Source: an uncultured Actinomycetes bacterium (GTDB taxonomy: Bacteria > Actinomycetota > Actinomycetes > S36-B12 > UBA5976). From it: a DNA stretch of 46,393 bases. Below the pieces are notes generated by a model. The model worked only from the letters and a program-made list of their open reading frames with translations. It was not told the DNA's origin and searched no databases. The position numbers were made by a program, and so were the translations under genes. The stretch is from assembly GCA_903925705.1 (NCBI GenBank), contig CAIYGJ010000035.1:1-46393 (forward strand), written 5' to 3'. Positions 42,770 to 46,393 of the stretch are shown here, piece after piece; position 1 is the first letter of the stretch, and every line of letters begins with the position of its first letter.

Positions 42770-43720
42770 CTACTGACCAATCGATGTCGACATTTTTGAA
42801 AGCGCCGACATTAACTTTTTGTGAAAATCGTCGCCGTCAATAGTCCACGCCACGTATCCATTTGGCTTAACTCCGTTACGCAGCCGAGTATCCGTAACCG
42901 TCATTCCAGTGGTCAGTTCGCCATTGCATTCCACGTCAATGAATGCTTCCTCAAGTTCCATGATGTTGGGCCAAATAGCTTCTGCCATGGCTAATGCATC
43001 GTGCTGATGTGTCATGCGTTCGCCATAAAACGATTCATAAAAATTTGTATATGAAGTCAGGATGTGGTCAAAAGCCTTACCAAACTTACTTCCGTCTTTT
43101 AGCCAGCCCCACAAGTGTTCATGGGTTTTAACAGAATGCGTAACGTCTAACCCAACCATTACGGTGTTGATGCCACTGGCAAAAACTCGTTTGGCTGCCT
43201 CCGGATCATGCCAGATATTAAATTCAGCAACTGGGGTTACATTTCCAGTTCGGGCTGCGCCACCCATAATCACAAATCGATCAATCATTGGAATTACATC
43301 CGGATGCTGATCAACTAAATGAGCAATGTTGGTTAGTGGACCAATAGCAACCAGGGTTACTGGGTCTGGGGAGTTTCGGATCTTTTCAGCCAAGAACGCG
43401 GGCGCGTCTGTTGAGACAACTTTCGTAGTTGGTTCCGGCAAATCTACGCCAGCAAGTCCATCATGACCATGCACAGGCTCGTATCCAGTTTCCATCTTTG
43501 GGCGCGCATAGGGTTCGTCATAACCAGATGCCACTGGGATGTCAGTTCGTTCCATAAATTCCAGTAGTCGCAGTGCGTTACGAGTGGTCGCTTCAAGGCC
43601 AGAGTTGCCGCCAACTGTCGAGATACCAATGACATCAACTTCTGGTGACGCTAGGGCTAACGCAATGGCAACTGCATCGTCAATGCCTGGATCGGTATCA
43701 ATCAAAAGCGCTCGAGTCAT
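42770..43720 (-). CDS. nucleoside hydrolase (IU-NH family)
   Basis: 316 aa. N-terminal aspartate cluster LIDTDPGIDDAVAI. AAGAGGA SD upstream. Confidence 0.88.
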   Translation of the reverse strand: MTRALLIDTDPGIDDAVAIALALASPEVDVIGISTVGGNSGLEATTRNALRLLEFMERTDIPVASGYDEPYARPKMETGYEPVHGHDGLAGVDLPEPTTKVVSTDAPAFLAEKIRNSPDPVTLVAIGPLTNIAHLVDQHPDVIPMIDRFVIMGGAARTGNVTPVAEFNIWHDPEAAKRVFASGINTVMVGLDVTHSVKTHEHLWGWLKDGSKFGKAFDHILTSYTNFYESFYGERMTHQHDALAMAEAIWPNIMELEEAFIDVECNGELTTGMTVTDTRLRNGVKPNGYVAWTIDGDDFHKKLMSALSKMSTSIGQ

Positions 43721-43755
43721 GGATTCCTCTTTATCTTGGGTTGAATTTGTTGTTT

Positions 43756-44604
43756 TTAATTCGATGATTCTTGCATAAATCTATTTACCTCAGCCGCTGT
43801 CGGCATCCCTGATTGCGCGCCTAACTTAAGCGTGGAAAGTGCTGATGCTGCACAGGCTAGTTCCAGTGAATCTGCAACTGATTGGCCGGATGCATAAGCA
43901 ACTATGAATGCACCAACGAAGGTGTCGCCTGCGCCCACGGTATCGAGTGCCTCAACAACTGGTGGCTGGGCCTTTGCAACCACTTCCCCATCTTGGTAGG
44001 CAGTAACTTCGTTTGCGCCGGCAGTGACAATTACTAATCCTGATTTTGGTTCACCTAATTGTGCAAACTCGTGTTCATTCACAATAAGGACATCTATCAG
44101 GCTTGCTAATTCATCAGAGATCCCACGAACGGGTGCTGCATTTACACAAAAAATTCCATTCGAAGCTTTTCCAGCTGCGATGATCACTGACTCAGGGATT
44201 TCAAATTGAACTATGACGGCATCAGCTGAAGAAATTTGATCTACATCAAATGCGGCATGTTGGTTAGCACCGTCGGCAACAACAATTTGATTTTCACCTG
44301 AGTGTTCAACCATTACTAGTGCGGTGCTTGTTGGCGAGGAAACCTTTAGAACTGAATCAGTCATTACCCCGCTTTGTGCTAAAGCACTCAGGCACATTTC
44401 ACCTGGCTCATCAGCCCCAACTGCTCCAAACATTGAGACGCTTGCGCCCATGCGTGCGGCAGCAACGGCTTGATTCGCGCCTTTGCCACCTGGATACCAT
44501 TGCGGTTCAGCGCTACTTACGGTTTCACCACGACCTGGAAGTTTGGCCATTTGAACCACCAAGTCTGCGTTTATGCTGCCGACTACAGCGATTCGAGGTG
44601 TCAT
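43756..44604 (-). CDS. rbsK: ribokinase (PfkB family)
   Basis: 282 aa. GGKGANQAVAAA and DTVGAGDTFVGAF motifs. Adjacent to the nucleoside hydrolase. Confidence 0.85.
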   Translation of the reverse strand: MTPRIAVVGSINADLVVQMAKLPGRGETVSSAEPQWYPGGKGANQAVAAARMGASVSMFGAVGADEPGEMCLSALAQSGVMTDSVLKVSSPTSTALVMVEHSGENQIVVADGANQHAAFDVDQISSADAVIVQFEIPESVIIAAGKASNGIFCVNAAPVRGISDELASLIDVLIVNEHEFAQLGEPKSGLVIVTAGANEVTAYQDGEVVAKAQPPVVEALDTVGAGDTFVGAFIVAYASGQSVADSLELACAASALSTLKLGAQSGMPTAAEVNRFMQESSN

Positions 44605-44610
44605 ACCTTG

Positions 44611-44616
44611 AGCCTA
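44611..44616 (-). promoter_or_regulatory. candidate -10 box TAGGCT, 6 nt upstream of ribokinase ATG (leaderless candidate)
   Basis: Minus strand reads TAGGCTcaaggtATG. Confidence 0.45.
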
Positions 44617-44619
44617 GAG

Positions 44620-44692
44620 GTTGGGTTTGCCCAACTAGCAGCCTGGTGAATCTTGAATGAATCTTGGAGATTCCCTTTCAATTTTGGGATTC
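44620..44692. promoter_or_regulatory. palindrome GTTGGGtttgCCCAAC plus four GAATC/GATTC half-sites between ribokinase and the S8 peptidase
   Basis: Palindrome at 44620-44635, over the -35 position of the ribokinase promoter candidate. GAATC at 44648 and 44659, GATTC at 44669 and 44688. GAATCTTG is repeated with an 11-nt period. Confidence 0.3.
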
Positions 44693-44740
44693 TGGGAAAT
44701 CGGACGTTCGTTAAACTTGAGGTACCTAGGGAGTAATTAA

Positions 44741-46393
44741 ATGAGTGCCAAAATCGAGGAACGCCAATTGCGTCCTCGGCGATCATTTTTCCTAGCTGGC
44801 TTCATTTCGTTTGCAATTGCATTAACGGGATTGGTAACACCAGCTAAGGCAACCGATCCGCTTCCTGTCGATGACACTTGGCAAGCAGCCGCCGAGGCCG
44901 CTTCAGCGACACCTGCTGAGTTAAAGGCTGCCGTAGCTGATGGATCTCTGAATCTTGTAGTAGTTCGAGACGTGGATGGGGCGCCCACAATAGAAACTGC
45001 CCATTTGTCATCAAGCTCTGAACTGGACCGAACTTTGACCAAGTTGCGAAGTGACCCAACATTCATTTCGGCTGAACCTGATTCGCAGGTAAACATAGTT
45101 TCGCAGCCACCATATTTCAATTCTCAATGGGGAATCAGTACCGTCGCCTCGTCTTCAGTTGCCTCGACCACCCAAGGATTAAATGTCACAGTCGCCGTCA
45201 TTGACAGTGGAGTCGACGCCTCTCACCCAGATCTCGCGGGGAAAGTAATCGATGGGGTCGACTTTCGGGACGGTTTTAGCTACCTGAATGGAACAACGAA
45301 TCTGATTGACAACTGCGTTTCCTATACGAATGCTGACTACTCAGGAACAGGACGTGCAAAACCGGTCCATGAAGATTTTGGCAAGTATGACCCGAATGGG
45401 CATGGCACACATGTAGCCGGAATCATCGCATCTAATGGAATTGGAGTTAAGTCTGTAGCGCCACAAGCCAAAATAATGCCAGTTCGCGTTATGTCTGAAA
45501 AAGGTACTGGCGACATGTCGGATGTCGCTTGTGGAATTATTTATGCTGCAGAACATGGTGCACAAGTCATAAACATGTCGCTTGGTGTTTCACCTTCCAT
45601 AGCGCCAACTATTCCTGACGAAAATGCAGCTCTCCGAGCGGCCGTTGAATATGCAATCTCAAGAAATGTTGTCGTTGTTGCTGCTACAGGCAATGACGGG
45701 ACAACTGGCGTTAGTTTCCTACCTGCAGATTTACCTAACGTCATAGGCGTCGGCGCCGTCTCCTCAGGTGCTGGCAATCCGATTGCTTCGTTTTCAAATC
45801 GAGGAAACTTTGTTGATGTAGTTGCTCCTGGAGCAGGCATTTGGTCAACTTGTAGTGCAGTTCCAATTAGCTGGTGGGTGGGAAGTTCTCAAGAAAAAAA
45901 TGTATGCACTACTGGTGATGGCGATTCAAAGTATGAATCCCTTAGCGGCACATCTATGGCAACACCATTTGTCTCTGGATTGGCTGCACTTGTTTTAAGT
46001 ATGGACGGAAGCCTAAAAAACACAGATGTTGCAAGTATCATTACGACGTCTGCAACTGATAAAGGTGCCGCTGGTTACGATCAAATCTATGGTTATGGCC
46101 TAATTAATGCCCCTGCGGCAATCACTATGGCTCTAGCGGTCTCTCAAAAATTGGCTGAGCAAGTCCGTATTGCACAGATAAAGGCGGCTGCGGACGCTGA
46201 AACTGCGCGGATTGCAGAAGTAGCGCGGCTTGCGGAAGTAGAAAGATTAGCGGCGGAAAAGGCGGCTGCGGATGAAGCCGCTCGTTTAGCCGAAGTGGCA
46301 AGAGTGGCAGCGGAAAAGGTGGCTGCTGAAAAAGCTGTTGCAGACAAAGCAGCTGCGCTTTTAAAGATCACTAAGTCTCTGAAGGTCAAAGTC
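44741..46393 (+). CDS. secreted subtilisin-like S8 serine peptidase with Ala/Glu/Lys-rich C-terminal region (3' partial, runs off the window)
   Basis: Read by hand: ATG 44741 after AGGGAG. 551 codons with no stop to the window end, which is why it is absent from the track. Catalytic triad contexts VAVIDSGVD, HGTHVAGI and GTSMATPF. N-terminal RRSFFLAGFISFAIALTGLVTPAKA signal. Confidence 0.88.
   Translation, partial: MSAKIEERQLRPRRSFFLAGFISFAIALTGLVTPAKATDPLPVDDTWQAAAEAASATPAELKAAVADGSLNLVVVRDVDGAPTIETAHLSSSSELDRTLTKLRSDPTFISAEPDSQVNIVSQPPYFNSQWGISTVASSSVASTTQGLNVTVAVIDSGVDASHPDLAGKVIDGVDFRDGFSYLNGTTNLIDNCVSYTNADYSGTGRAKPVHEDFGKYDPNGHGTHVAGIIASNGIGVKSVAPQAKIMPVRVMSEKGTGDMSDVACGIIYAAEHGAQVINMSLGVSPSIAPTIPDENAALRAAVEYAISRNVVVVAATGNDGTTGVSFLPADLPNVIGVGAVSSGAGNPIASFSNRGNFVDVVAPGAGIWSTCSAVPISWWVGSSQEKNVCTTGDGDSKYESLSGTSMATPFVSGLAALVLSMDGSLKNTDVASIITTSATDKGAAGYDQIYGYGLINAPAAITMALAVSQKLAEQVRIAQIKAAADAETARIAEVARLAEVERLAAEKAAADEAARLAEVARVAAEKVAAEKAVADKAAALLKITKSLKVKV
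46154..46393 (+). repeat. low-complexity coding repeat (AEKAAA / ARLAEV units) in the S8 peptidase tail
   Basis: Translation reads AEQVRIAQIKAAADAETARIAEVARLAEVERLAAEKAAADEAARLAEVARVAAEKVAAEKAVADKAAA. Recurring gcggaaaagg[ct]ggctgc units. It produces the antisense shadow ORF 46144..46389. Confidence 0.7.

Overview
Gene-dense chromosomal core region with about 45 CDS, most on the minus strand. It looks like a streamlined actinobacterium that is AT-richer than classical Actinobacteria. From memory, gene order follows two Mycobacterium-type blocks: leuB/serA/ilvBNC/gatCAB/ligA/mnmA/iscS/etfBA, then thioredoxin/thiolase/epimerase ... adenosyltransferase/murA. Content is dominated by branched-chain amino-acid biosynthesis (leuB, leuA, ilvB, ilvN, ilvC, ilvD), with ppdK wedged into the ilv cluster. 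It also holds gatCAB, ligA, tRNA thiolation, ETF, a short-chain acyl-CoA set (crotonase, thiolase, MeaB, methylmalonyl-CoA epimerase, hydroxyacyl-CoA dehydrogenase), murA, a PduO-type adenosyltransferase and nucleoside hydrolase plus ribokinase. A secreted S8 subtilase runs off the 3' edge and is therefore missing from the ORF track. I found no tRNA/rRNA, CRISPR, transposase, integrase or recognisable defence or toxin-antitoxin module, so I do not think this is an accessory island. Points worth a second look: (1) a compact leucine attenuator with an apparently leaderless Leu-Leu-Leu leader peptide in front of leuA. (2) A stand-alone NIL-domain protein translationally coupled to leuA. (3) Three independent tandem duplications of stop-codon-proximal gene tails at convergent gene junctions. 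(4) An operon joining a proline-racemase-family protein with a Ser/Thr (not Cys/Cys) dyad, a cytochrome P450 and an AlkA-like glycosylase. (5) A NadR-like protein whose P-loop lysine is replaced. (6) A very regular TANNNT-6/7 nt-start-codon architecture implying leaderless mRNAs for about a dozen transcription units. Product calls rest on motif recognition by eye; no database search was run.
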